Program-made: the position numbers and the translations under genes
In this document: one piece after another, positions 36,939 through 46,232 of the stretch
How positions within the stretch are numbered: the stretch's first letter is position 1
Layout of the letters: each line of letters starts with the position of its first letter
The notes under the pieces: generated by a model
Told to the model about the DNA's origin: nothing
The model's input: the letters and a program-made list of their open reading frames with translations, nothing else
Database searches by the model: none
Assembly (NCBI GenBank): GCA_049514515.1
Contig: JBEKUZ010000008.1
Coordinates: forward strand, 9,303-73,302
Origin: Thermodesulfobacteriota bacterium
Lineage (GTDB): Bacteria; Desulfobacterota; BSN033; UBA1163
DNA: 64,000 bases
Reading direction: 5' to 3'

Positions 36939-38096
36939 TCATCGTCTCTCCAAAAATCGTTTCATTTCAGCATCGTACAGGAAGGTGAAAAAGGTTGCAA
37001 CCGATCCCAACAACGGAAGGGGGTCATCTTTTGAAAACACATCATAGCAAGTATTGGGATCAAAGAAGTTGAAGAAGGAAGGATCAAGGCCAAAACGTTG
37101 CGGATGGTTCAAAAAATGAAGGATGTCCCCCAGGAGAAGCCAGCGAAAACGTTTCCCCACGGCGTAGTGAAGAACGGGGTCGAAATGTTCCTTCCTGGCC
37201 ATCTTCAAAATGAGAAAGGGAAAATCAACTCCAGATACAATGGCCAGCTGTAATGAGCCCCAAAAGCGGGGGTTCACCTCCATCAATTTCGGAATCCCAT
37301 CTCTTGGATCGACTTTGAATTCGACCATGCCCACGCCAACCCAATTTAACGACTTAAGGAGGGAGAGGCCCAACTCCATGATCTGAGGATGTTCTATCCC
37401 TTCCGCCAACGTGCTGGGACCTCCTTGAATCGGATACATCCTCAACTTCTTATGAACGAAGGCAGCCTTGACGTTCGAAGCCTCATCAAACAGGGCGGAC
37501 AGCCCAAAGGTCCCTCCTCCGTCGGGAATCCATTCCTGAATCAACGGAAAAGGATACCGTCCATGGACGTTTTGATAAGACGAGCTGAGGTCCTCCCCCT
37601 TCTTTACATAGACTATGCCAAAGGAGCCGGAACTGATCCGCGGTTTAATCACTGCTGGAATTGGAATAGAGGAGGATGAAGAAGTAGGAAGGTCATAGAA
37701 TGTTTTGGGCGTTGGGATCCCGTGGGCTTCTGCAAACCGTATAAGATTTCCCTTGTCCCGCACGAATTCAATCTTTTTCAAATCGGGAATGAGGAGGTAA
37801 GCATATTTGGAGATTTCAGAATGATATTTCGCCAGCGAAAGCAGCGTTCCCTCTTCCATGGGGAAGAGGCAGTCGTACTGTTTTTTTTTAATCTCTCTCA
37901 GAATAAATTCAATAAATTGATTTGGGGATTGCTGTGGTGAAGGATAGACCAGACGCCTGGTGCAATACCTCGAAAAGAAGGAGGTATTCAGGCATGTCCG
38001 CTCTCCGACAGTGACAGGGACCCCTTTCCGACCAAGGGATCGAACCACAGCCAATGATTTTCTAAAGTGCCCATCCGTGACCAGAACACGCGCCAT
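36939..38096 (-). CDS. ATP-grasp domain protein (carboxylate-amine/thiol ligase type)
   Basis: MARVLVTDGHFRKSLAVVRSLGRKG..., AVIKPRISSGS, EWIPDGG, MVEFKVDPRDGIPKLMEVNPRFWGS. Start at the ATG at 38096. The track TTG start at 38150 reads through a repeat. Confidence 0.75.
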   Translation of the reverse strand: MARVLVTDGHFRKSLAVVRSLGRKGVPVTVGERTCLNTSFFSRYCTRRLVYPSPQQSPNQFIEFILREIKKKQYDCLFPMEEGTLLSLAKYHSEISKYAYLLIPDLKKIEFVRDKGNLIRFAEAHGIPTPKTFYDLPTSSSSSIPIPAVIKPRISSGSFGIVYVKKGEDLSSSYQNVHGRYPFPLIQEWIPDGGGTFGLSALFDEASNVKAAFVHKKLRMYPIQGGPSTLAEGIEHPQIMELGLSLLKSLNWVGVGMVEFKVDPRDGIPKLMEVNPRFWGSLQLAIVSGVDFPFLILKMARKEHFDPVLHYAVGKRFRWLLLGDILHFLNHPQRFGLDPSFFNFFDPNTCYDVFSKDDPLPLLGSVATFFTFLYDAEMKRFLERR

Positions 38097-38105
38097 GAAC
38101 TTATA

Positions 38106-38200
38106 TTGCGGATTTCGAAATGCGGATTGCGGATGAACATCTAATACCAAATCTGTCGTTTGAATTTAAACTCCGCAATCGCCACTCCGCAATCCGAAAT
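38106..38200. repeat. Inverted pair of cgcaatccgca-type repeats
   Basis: ttgcggatttcgaaatgcggattgcgga (38106-38133) is the inverted match of ctccgcaatcgccactccgcaatccgaaat (38171-38200). Related copies lie at 24959-24987 and 63136-63156. Confidence 0.75.
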
Positions 38201-38889
38201 CAGATTAGTCCTTCGTCAGCCAGGCTTCGATAACTCTCGCCTGCCAAGATGATATGATCATAAACCTTGATCCCAAGAAGCCGGCCCGCGTCCACCAACT
38301 GTTTGGTGATTCGAAGATCCTCTTCACTGGGGCTTGGATTTCCACTCGGGTGATTGTGGATCAGAATAACCCCTGCGGCAGGTTCCAAGAGAGCTTCACG
38401 AAAGACATCCCTGGGATGGACGATGCTCGCCTCGAGTGTCCCTTCTGAAATCGTCACGTCTTTAATCAAACGATTCGCTCTGTTGAGGAGAATGACTTTG
38501 AAAACTTCTTTCCTGAGGTCTCTCATCAACGGCAGATAGTGGCTCGCCACATCCGCAGATCGCTTGAAAGAGACTTTGGAGCCCTCTTTCTGGGATTGAA
38601 ACCTTCTGACTAGCTCAAAGGCGGCAGAGAGCGTAGCGGCCTTGGCAGATCCAATCCCCTTGACCTTCATCAATTCCGAAGGGGAACGGGAAAAAAGCTT
38701 CTGGAGTGATTGGTACCGGTCTAACAGCTCCCTCGCTAAATCGACGGCTGTCTTCTTCCTCGTCCCCTTTCCAAGTAAAATGCCCAAGAGCTCTGCTTCG
38801 GCGAGGGGTTGGGGACCATGTTGAAGAAGCCGTTCCCTGGGTCTCTCCTTTTCGGGCCATCGGGTAATTTTGTAAGAGGACTCGGCCAT
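38200..38889 (-). CDS. radC: RadC-family JAB/MPN domain protein
   Basis: HhH N-terminal region. JAMM motif ILIHNHPSGNPSPSEED. Confidence 0.85.
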   Translation of the reverse strand: MAESSYKITRWPEKERPRERLLQHGPQPLAEAELLGILLGKGTRKKTAVDLARELLDRYQSLQKLFSRSPSELMKVKGIGSAKAATLSAAFELVRRFQSQKEGSKVSFKRSADVASHYLPLMRDLRKEVFKVILLNRANRLIKDVTISEGTLEASIVHPRDVFREALLEPAAGVILIHNHPSGNPSPSEEDLRITKQLVDAGRLLGIKVYDHIILAGESYRSLADEGLI

Positions 38890-38895
38890 GACTGA

Positions 38896-39675
38896 TTAAG
38901 TCGATGCAGGGGATCCTGTCTTAGTCCCGTCACTTTCAGAAGAAACCGGCGCAGGTCTTCTCCCAAAAATCCTGCAAAGCAGGATGCTCAGTTCGTAGAG
39001 TCCCACCAGAGGAACGGCCATGAGCACCTGAGAGATCATGTCAGGGGACGGGGTAACCACTGCCGCAAAGATGAAGATAAGGAGAAAGGCGTATTTCCTC
39101 TGCCTGGCCAACATCTTCGCATCAACGATTCCGATCTTCGACAGAAGGACCAAAGCCACAGGAAGCTCAAAAACGAGACCGCAGGCCAGCAAAAACTTGA
39201 GGCTGAAAGAGAGGTATTCCTTCATGCTCGGCATGGGTTTAATGATGTCGGTGGCATAACCCAAAAGAAACTTAAAACCGACGGGGATCGCAACATAATA
39301 TCCGAAGAGAATCCCTAAGGCAAAAAAGAGTGAGCTGCCGAGCACAAAGGGAACCACATATCTCTTTTCTTTTTGATAAAGACCCGGGGCAACAAAAACC
39401 CAGATTTGGTACACGATAAAAGGCGATGTCACGATGATTCCGGCGATGAGCGCCACCTTCATGTATGTGAAGAAGGCTTCGGCTACGCTGGTAAAAATGA
39501 GCGATCCCCCCTTGGGCATCAATTCGTTCGTCAGCGGGGCGGCGAGGACGTTGAAGATCGTATCGGCGAAGGCATAGCAAAGAATGAAACCCACCCCTAT
39601 CGCGATAAATGAAAAAATGAGCCGCTTCCTCAATTCCTGAAGGTGAGCGGTGAGGGGGAGTTTTTTTTCATCCAT
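38896..39675 (-). CDS. tatC: Twin-arginine translocase subunit TatC
   Basis: PLTAHLQELRKRLI..., 6 TM. Confidence 0.9.
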   Translation of the reverse strand: MDEKKLPLTAHLQELRKRLIFSFIAIGVGFILCYAFADTIFNVLAAPLTNELMPKGGSLIFTSVAEAFFTYMKVALIAGIIVTSPFIVYQIWVFVAPGLYQKEKRYVVPFVLGSSLFFALGILFGYYVAIPVGFKFLLGYATDIIKPMPSMKEYLSFSLKFLLACGLVFELPVALVLLSKIGIVDAKMLARQRKYAFLLIFIFAAVVTPSPDMISQVLMAVPLVGLYELSILLCRIFGRRPAPVSSESDGTKTGSPAST

Positions 39676-40069
39676 GGGAAGGAATCCCTTCTTTGGGCTC
39701 CTCGGGTTCCCCTTTCTTTTCCTCTTTTACCTCTTTCCGCTCGGCTTGGACGGAAGCCCCTTCAACGGCAGGTGTCTCCGGAGGGAGAGACGACTCCGGA
39801 TGTGCAGATGTCTCTTCTGTGGTAGGCGATTCATGAGAAAGCTCTTCGGCTAGATTGGCTAAAAGACTTTTGTCCACAAGGGTCTGTTTAAATTCTTCTA
39901 AGCCTTTCGTCTCTGCCTCAAAACTTTCTTTAATCTCTTCGGTCGCCTTCTTAAACTCCCTCATGGCTTTCCCGAAAGCCCTCGCCAGTTCTGGGAGTTT
40001 ATTAGGACCAAAGACGATCAAGGCAATGGCCACGATGATCAACAGTTCCGGGAATCCGATATTAAACAT
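39668..40069 (-). CDS. TatA/TatB-family Tat subunit with acidic C-terminal tail
   Basis: MFNIGFPELLIIVAIALIVFGPNKLPELARAFGKAMREFKKA. ggagga lies 5 nt before the ATG at 40069. Overlaps the tatC start. Confidence 0.85.
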   Translation of the reverse strand: MFNIGFPELLIIVAIALIVFGPNKLPELARAFGKAMREFKKATEEIKESFEAETKGLEEFKQTLVDKSLLANLAEELSHESPTTEETSAHPESSLPPETPAVEGASVQAERKEVKEEKKGEPEEPKEGIPSHG

Positions 40070-40134
40070 AGATCCTCCATTAAATTTATACCACAATTTT
40101 TCTTCTTATTGCAATGGCCCCCTTCCCCTTCGCT

Positions 40135-40224
40135 CCCCAGAGACTGTGTCGTAATTAACGAAAAGCCATCCTAGTTCCGCCCATATCTACCCTTCGTTAC
40201 GTTAATGATACAGTCTCCCAAGGG
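40135..40224. repeat. About 90-bp imperfect palindrome with TIR-like ends (gagactgtgtcgtaattaac / gttaatgatacagtctc)
   Basis: Inverted ends read directly. A partial related copy (gggagactgtgtcgtaatgg) lies at 19688-19711. Confidence 0.6.
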
Positions 40225-40449
40225 AGAACGGATAGGAGGGTTGTTGTCTGTCCCAACGGGGAAGAAACTGGAGAGGAATTGAGTTTAGTCATATGGCATG
40301 CTATAAATTATTTTGTTAGGGTTTTCGACTTATTTGGTTTGTCGGATCTATCTGGCTACAACAAAAAACAGAATAAGAACTAGATAGGCCAACAGAACAA
40401 AGAAGACCGAGAAAATGTTAGGAGATTCAAGAATCCGGAGATCTTAAGG

Positions 40450-41244
40450 ATGACTATCATTCACGTAAATGTGCCTTATTCCATGCTGCTTTCTCGCATC
40501 GATTTTGCGATCAAGAACCAAGTCCATCCTGAAATTTATTTCAGTGCGGAAGATTTGGATGCCTGCCGTAAAAAAGATGCTCAACGCCTGTCACGAACCC
40601 TCCAAGAAAACCAATTGGAAACTACCCTCCATGGTCCGTTCATGGACTTAAGCCCTGGAGGAGTGGATCGAAGGGTGAAGGAGGTGACCCGTGACCGACT
40701 TTTGAAAACGATCGAATTGGCCCATTTCTTCAAACCTAAGATGATCGTCTTTCACCCAGGATACGAGAGATGGAAATTCGATGGCGATGTCAAACTTTGG
40801 CTCGACAGCAGTCTCGAAACCTGGAAACCTTTGGTTAAGAGAGCAGAAGATATGGGGTTGACGCTTGCCATTGAAAACGTTTTTGAAGAAACTCCCGAGT
40901 CCATCAAAAATCTTCTGGAGGAGATCGATTCCCCTCACTTTCGATTCTGTTTCGACACAGGCCACCACAACGTCTTCAGCAAGGCCCCTCTTCCTATTTG
41001 GATGGAAGCCTTGGGAGGATTTTTGGGTGAGGTTCATCTCCACGATAATCACAAAGAGATGGACGAACATCTTCCGATGGGGGAAGGAGGATTCGATTTC
41101 AACCAATTCTTTGCACTCCTTTCACAGTACAAACTGAATCCTCTTTACACCATCGAACCCCACGAAGAAGCTCACCTCTGGAGAGGATTGGAGGCGGCAA
41201 GAAAATACCTGAGCACCAAATCCCAAGCACCAAATTCCAAATAA
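40450..41244 (+). CDS. Sugar phosphate isomerase/epimerase (xylose isomerase-like TIM barrel)
   Basis: 264 aa. HGPF..., FHPG, AIEN, FDTGH, HLHDN metal-ligand pattern. The last codons (STKSQAPNSK) are repeat-derived. Confidence 0.65.
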   Translation: MTIIHVNVPYSMLLSRIDFAIKNQVHPEIYFSAEDLDACRKKDAQRLSRTLQENQLETTLHGPFMDLSPGGVDRRVKEVTRDRLLKTIELAHFFKPKMIVFHPGYERWKFDGDVKLWLDSSLETWKPLVKRAEDMGLTLAIENVFEETPESIKNLLEEIDSPHFRFCFDTGHHNVFSKAPLPIWMEALGGFLGEVHLHDNHKEMDEHLPMGEGGFDFNQFFALLSQYKLNPLYTIEPHEEAHLWRGLEAARKYLSTKSQAPNSK

Positions 41245-41435
41245 ATTTCAATCACCGAAGGCTACATCTAAAAATGCCATGCCTCCCCCGATTTTTATCG
41301 GGTAAACTTCAACAGGAATCCAGAAGGTCCCAACAATACCGTCTCCCGGCGCAGTTTACACATACTGGATAGGGAGCGGAAGTGATAAACCGGTAATTAT
41401 TAAAGATACCACAGAATTCAAAACAACGCTGTTTC

Positions 41436-41495
41436 GGTCATTGGAGATTGGAATTTAGAAATTGTTTGGTATTTGGGATTTGTAATTTGGAATTT
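41436..41495. repeat. AT-rich 'ggaatttgtaatttgggatt'-type repeat block
   Basis: ggtcattggagattggaatttagaaattgtttggtatttgggatttgtaatttggaattt. The inverted partner is at 41212-41255. Same family as the arms at 31188 and 36826. Confidence 0.65.
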
Positions 41496-41503
41496 TTCTC
41501 CTT

Positions 41504-42217
41504 CTACATCTCACCCAGATAGGCTTTCCGTACCATCTCGTTCGCGCGCAAATTCTCCGCTGTGTCGCTGAGCACCACAGAACCGCTTTGCAGCACATAG
41601 CCGTGATTGGCAATTTGGAGGGCCATCCGCGCGTTCTGTTCAACGAGAAGGATCGTTGTCCCATCGGTATTCAATCGCTGGATCGTTTCAAAGATACTAT
41701 CGACCAGCACCGGCGCCAAACCCATGGAAGGCTCATCCATTAAGAGAAGCCGCGGGTTTGCCATCAGGGCCCGACCCATCGCCAGCATCTGTTGCTCCCC
41801 TCCGCTTAGCGTACCCGCTACCTGTTTACTGCGCGCCTTCAGCCTTGGGAAGAGCGTGAAGACCCTTTCGAGGTTTGTCCGGATCAACTTGGGATCTTTG
41901 CAGCCGAAGGCGCCCATTTCCAGATTTTCCATCACGGTGAGTTGGCCGAACACGCGCCGTCCTTCAGGGACCTGCACGATCCCTTTGACCACAATCTCAT
42001 GAGCGAGATAACGGATAAGGTCTTCAGAGTCGAAGCGGATCGACCCGAGCCGTGGCCGCAACAGGCCACTGATTGTTCTAAGCAAGGTGCTCTTGCCCGC
42101 TCCATTCGCTCCGATCAGAGTGACGATCTCCCCTTTTTCAACGGAAAGCGAAACCTCTTTGAGGACATGGATCTGCCCGTAGTAGGTATGGATGTTTTCG
42201 ACTTCAAGCATCGGCAT
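41504..42217 (-). CDS. livF: Branched-chain amino acid ABC transporter ATPase
   Basis: Walker A GANGAGKST, signature LSGGEQQML. Confidence 0.9.
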   Translation of the reverse strand: MPMLEVENIHTYYGQIHVLKEVSLSVEKGEIVTLIGANGAGKSTLLRTISGLLRPRLGSIRFDSEDLIRYLAHEIVVKGIVQVPEGRRVFGQLTVMENLEMGAFGCKDPKLIRTNLERVFTLFPRLKARSKQVAGTLSGGEQQMLAMGRALMANPRLLLMDEPSMGLAPVLVDSIFETIQRLNTDGTTILLVEQNARMALQIANHGYVLQSGSVVLSDTAENLRANEMVRKAYLGEM

Positions 42218-42232
42218 GTCGCTTACACTCTT

Positions 42233-43024
42233 CTACCCACTGGCGCTCCGAGCTTGGACCTCGCTCCTTCGGCCTAAGTACGCCTCGATGACCTGCGGGT
42301 TATTCTGAATTTCGGCCGGAGTGCCTTCAGCAATCTTCTCCCCATAGTCTAATACCGTCACGGTCTCTGAGATACCCATTACCACTTTCATCTGATGTTC
42401 GATAAGAAGGATGGTGATGCCCAATTCATCCCGGAGGTGACGAATAAAATCCATCATCTCTTGGGTCTCCCGCGGATTCATTCCAGCAGTCGGCTCGTCG
42501 AGGAGAAGGAGTTTTGGCCGGTTGGCGAGGGCTCGGGCAATTTCCAGCCGCCGTTGGTCGCCATAGGGAAGGTTCTTCGCCAGAAAATCATCTTTTGCAG
42601 AAAGGTTGACGAACCGGAGGAGATTCTGTGCCTCTTCTGAAGCCTCTTTCTCCTCTTGCCGGGTGGCAGGCCATCCCAAGACGATGCCGACGAATCCCGC
42701 CCTCAGATGACTATGAAGGCCCACCAGGACATTCTCCTTCGCCGTCAGATTGGGGAAGAGGCGAATATTCTGATAGGTTCGGGAAATCCCGAGCCGAACG
42801 ATTTGATCAGGCAAGAGGCCCACTAGTGAATGGCCGTCCAAGAGAATTTCTCCAGCTTCAGGCCGGTAAAATCCCGTGACACAGTTGAAGAAGGTCGTCT
42901 TGCCCGCACCATTGGGCCCGATGACGCTGTGGATCGCATGCTCTCGGACCTCCAGGTCCAACTCATCCAGCGCAACCAATCCGCCGAAGCGTTTCGTAGC
43001 TTTTCGTGCCGTGAGAATAGCCAT
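42233..43024 (-). CDS. livG: Branched-chain amino acid ABC transporter ATPase
   Basis: GPNGAGKTT, LPYGDQRRLEIARAL, C-terminal BCA_ABC_TP_C-like region. Confidence 0.9.
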   Translation of the reverse strand: MAILTARKATKRFGGLVALDELDLEVREHAIHSVIGPNGAGKTTFFNCVTGFYRPEAGEILLDGHSLVGLLPDQIVRLGISRTYQNIRLFPNLTAKENVLVGLHSHLRAGFVGIVLGWPATRQEEKEASEEAQNLLRFVNLSAKDDFLAKNLPYGDQRRLEIARALANRPKLLLLDEPTAGMNPRETQEMMDFIRHLRDELGITILLIEHQMKVVMGISETVTVLDYGEKIAEGTPAEIQNNPQVIEAYLGRRSEVQARSASG

Positions 43025-43033
43025 AAGATCTTT

Positions 43034-44704
43034 CTATTTACCGGAGGCAGCGCCTGATGCCGATTCGATCTCAGGGGCTTCCTCCCTGTGCAACTCCTGA
43101 CGCCGTTTGGCCTCTGGCCACAGGCCCTCGGGCCGCAGAATCATCATGGCCACGAGGGCGGCCCCATAAACAAGAAGACGATACTCAGCGAACTCCCGAA
43201 GCAACTCCGGGAGTCCCACGAGAGCGATGGCCCCTACGATGACTCCGGGAATGCTTCCCATGCCTCCCACGATAATGAGACAGAGGATGTTAATAGAAAT
43301 CATCACGCTGAAACTGTGGGGATAGACCGATCCGAGTTTGCTGGCGAAGATGGCGCCGCTCAACGCGGAGAAGCCAGCGCCGGTGGCAAAGGCAAGCAGC
43401 TTGGCGGCGACAAGATTGATTCCCATGGCCTGGGCCACGTCCTCATCTTCGCGGACTGCCATCCATGCGCGGCCCAACCGGGAATCTCTCAGACGCCAGG
43501 AGATAAAGCCGGCAAGCAAACATCCGGCAAGAATGAGATAGTAGATCTGCTGGGGGGTGGCGAATTCTACGCTTCCAATAGAGGGCCTTGGTATTTTAGC
43601 AATACCCTGTGCTCCGCCCAGCCATGGCCGCAGAAAGTCAGAGAGGACGAGAATGCGAATGATTTCGCCGAAGCCAAGGGTCGCGATGGCCAGGTAGTCG
43701 CCACGCATCTTGAGGACGGGTATGCCTAATAGGATACCGGACACCACTCCCGCGACGATTGCAAAAGGAAGAGCCCCCCAAAATGACAGATTCAAAAAAC
43801 CCAGCTCAGGCGACGTTAATACGGCAACCGTGTAGGCGCCGATGGCAAAGAAGGCCACGTAACCGAGGTCCAAGAGGCCAGCGAAACCAACGACGATATT
43901 GAGGCCCAAACCCAGCAGAACAAACAGACCCACAATGGTCAATACTTCGCTTAGAAAGAGGCCAAGAATCTGCGGCAGGGCAAGTAAGATAACGGCGAGA
44001 AGAAACGAACTTGTTATCCTTAGTACGCGTTGGTTTGTAGGAGGCAGACGCCGCAGGCTTGTTTTCATCTTGCTTCCACTTTTCCTCCAAAAGTAAGAAA
44101 TGGCGGCAATGAGAATAAACAACGATACCGCGCCCTGAACCGTGAGCCCGTTTATAGGGAAGAACCACTGGTTGATCTCCGCAATGGGTCCCCAAGGAGC
44201 AAAGATGGCCCGGAGCAAATCTTGCAGCAAACCAGCCATCGCCACACCTGCCAAGGACCTGATCAATACCCCACGGAGAAGCGAGGGAGAAAGAAAGAGC
44301 AGACCCGAGAGTGAGCTACTCAGAGTTCCAAAAATAAGAAGCAGGAGGATACCGGTTCCTATTCCTTGATTAAAAGTGAGCAGTTTAAAAAGATCCGGCG
44401 ATGCGTTGATGAAGACAGCCCTTAGTCTTACCATACTTCCGAGGATAACCAACAATGACAGCAGTCCACCAATGATCAAACCCGAAATGAGACTGTTGGC
44501 CAAAACCCATAAGGGCTCGGATCGATTAGTCCGTTTTGCAGCCAGGTAGCCTGTAAACATCGCGACTACGAGCAACAGGGTCTGCCCCATCGAAATGACG
44601 TCGCTAATAATATAGCGTTGGCTAAACGCCTCCACCATTCCGACGAGTGCCAACAGGACTTCTATGATCCCTCCGATCAGTCCGATTTTGATTCCCTGTC
44701 TCAT
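43034..44704 (-). CDS. livM: Branched-chain amino acid ABC permease with long N-terminal multi-TM extension
   Basis: The C-terminal about 300 aa match the LivM pattern. Start set at the ATG at 44704 (MRQGIKIG), because the track start at 44752 reads through a 'ctaaagt' repeat. Confidence 0.8.
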   Translation of the reverse strand: MRQGIKIGLIGGIIEVLLALVGMVEAFSQRYIISDVISMGQTLLLVVAMFTGYLAAKRTNRSEPLWVLANSLISGLIIGGLLSLLVILGSMVRLRAVFINASPDLFKLLTFNQGIGTGILLLLIFGTLSSSLSGLLFLSPSLLRGVLIRSLAGVAMAGLLQDLLRAIFAPWGPIAEINQWFFPINGLTVQGAVSLFILIAAISYFWRKSGSKMKTSLRRLPPTNQRVLRITSSFLLAVILLALPQILGLFLSEVLTIVGLFVLLGLGLNIVVGFAGLLDLGYVAFFAIGAYTVAVLTSPELGFLNLSFWGALPFAIVAGVVSGILLGIPVLKMRGDYLAIATLGFGEIIRILVLSDFLRPWLGGAQGIAKIPRPSIGSVEFATPQQIYYLILAGCLLAGFISWRLRDSRLGRAWMAVREDEDVAQAMGINLVAAKLLAFATGAGFSALSGAIFASKLGSVYPHSFSVMISINILCLIIVGGMGSIPGVIVGAIALVGLPELLREFAEYRLLVYGAALVAMMILRPEGLWPEAKRRQELHREEAPEIESASGAASGK

Positions 44705-44783
44705 ATTGAAGTGACTAAAGTGATCTAAAGTTATAAGTGAGCTAACTTGCAACCGGATACAACCCGTTTGCTAACCCGCTATT

Positions 44784-44926
44784 CCGTCATGCCGGACTTG
44801 AGGAGCCCGCCCCGTACTTGATACGGGGGCATCCAGACGTCGTCCCGATGAAAGTCGCGAACCATCTCAATATTGGGTCCCGGTTTTCACCGGGAACCCT
44901 GGATTCCGGCTTTCGCCGGAATGACG
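44784..44926. repeat. MITE-like element inside the liv operon (TIR cgtcatgccgg / ccggaatgacg)
   Basis: Terminal inverted repeats plus three internal perfect hairpins (ccccgta..tacgggg, cccgg..ccggg, ttccggc..gccggaa). Confidence 0.65.
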
Positions 44927-44982
44927 ACCTCTGATGAAAACCATAAATTTGTGGACAAACTTTTAATATAGTCCGCTCATCT

Positions 44983-46083
44983 TTAGGCTTTTTTGATAGC
45001 CAACCGCTCGCCGAGAATGCCCGTGGGTCGAAAGATCAGCACGAGGACGAGCAGGGTAAAGGCAATGGCGTCTTTCAGTTGGTACGGCGCCACAATACCC
45101 AGGCCATCGAGAAAGAGGCTGGGTCCCACCGATTCGACGAGGCCAAGAAAAATTCCTCCTAGCATGGCGCCAGGAATATTGCCGATGCCTCCCAACACTG
45201 CTGCCGTAAAGGCCTTGATCCCCGGAACAAAGCCCATGAAAAAGTGCACCTGCTTGAACATAAGAGCGTAGAGAACGCCGGCGGCTCCGGCCGCCATCCC
45301 CCCGATCACGAATGTCGTCACAATCATCCGGTCGATGTTGATACCCATCAACGTGGCGACCTCCTTATCCTCCGACACCGCGCGTATCGCCTTACCCACT
45401 CGGGTGCGCTGAATAAAGGTATAGAGGCTGATCATGAGAAATGCCGCGGCCCCGATCACAACAGCTTGAAACTTTAAGATCCGGAATCCACCGATGACCA
45501 TCGGGCTTTCCAGTATTTTCACCGTGGGGTAGGCTTGGAAACCCGAGCCGTAAAGCCCCCGAAAGGTGTATTGCAAAAAGAAAGAGGCCCCGATCGCCGT
45601 GATGAGGGGAACCAGGCGGGGCGCGTTCCGTAGGGGGCGGTAAGCAACGCGTTCGAGAAGAACGGCGATCAGAGTTGACGTGGCCATAGAAACAATGAAA
45701 ACGATGAGAAGGCTGACGATGGGCTGACGATCGAGGAAACCCGAGTTGTTGAGAGAAGCTGCGACAAAATAAGCGGTGTAAGGACCGCTCATGAAGACCT
45801 CTCCGTGGGCAAAATTGATCATCCGAAGAGTGCCGTAGACCATGGTGTAACCCATGGCGATGAGGGCGTAGATGCTTCCTTGAGCTAAACCGAAGATGAT
45901 GAAATCGAACCAGTGCCGGGAGGTATATCGGCCTGCGGCCAAAGTGGCGATGGACCCAGAAACAATCAAGGCCAAAATGGCCGCCCCGATTAGCCACATG
46001 AGAATATCTGTGACCTTAATAGATTCTTCCCATCGTTGCCGCATAGGAATGCTCGTCCTTTCAGACCGGCTCACAAATCGCAT
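44983..46083 (-). CDS. livH: Branched-chain amino acid ABC permease
   Basis: GLAQGSIYALIAMGYTMVYG core. About 60 aa N-terminal extension, so the true start is uncertain. Confidence 0.8.
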   Translation of the reverse strand: MRFVSRSERTSIPMRQRWEESIKVTDILMWLIGAAILALIVSGSIATLAAGRYTSRHWFDFIIFGLAQGSIYALIAMGYTMVYGTLRMINFAHGEVFMSGPYTAYFVAASLNNSGFLDRQPIVSLLIVFIVSMATSTLIAVLLERVAYRPLRNAPRLVPLITAIGASFFLQYTFRGLYGSGFQAYPTVKILESPMVIGGFRILKFQAVVIGAAAFLMISLYTFIQRTRVGKAIRAVSEDKEVATLMGINIDRMIVTTFVIGGMAAGAAGVLYALMFKQVHFFMGFVPGIKAFTAAVLGGIGNIPGAMLGGIFLGLVESVGPSLFLDGLGIVAPYQLKDAIAFTLLVLVLIFRPTGILGERLAIKKA

Positions 46084-46232
46084 TTTGCCATTACTTTGGA
46101 CAAATGGTCAAGAACAGATTCACTTCTTATTGCGACTTTGTTTTGGAGGGACGATTCTTTGGCCCGGCTCATCCTGGCTGTTTGCAAGAGCTCCGGGTTT
46201 CTTTAAGAAGTCAAGTTCCTTTGAGCGGGAAA

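Noticed and set aside
21236-38150. Aryl-polyene or type II PKS/FAS cluster interpretation
   Set aside because: No ketosynthase or chain-length factor, no dehydratase, and no adenylating enzyme are in the window. The dominant enzymes are radical SAM and BcrAD/HgdB-type proteins.
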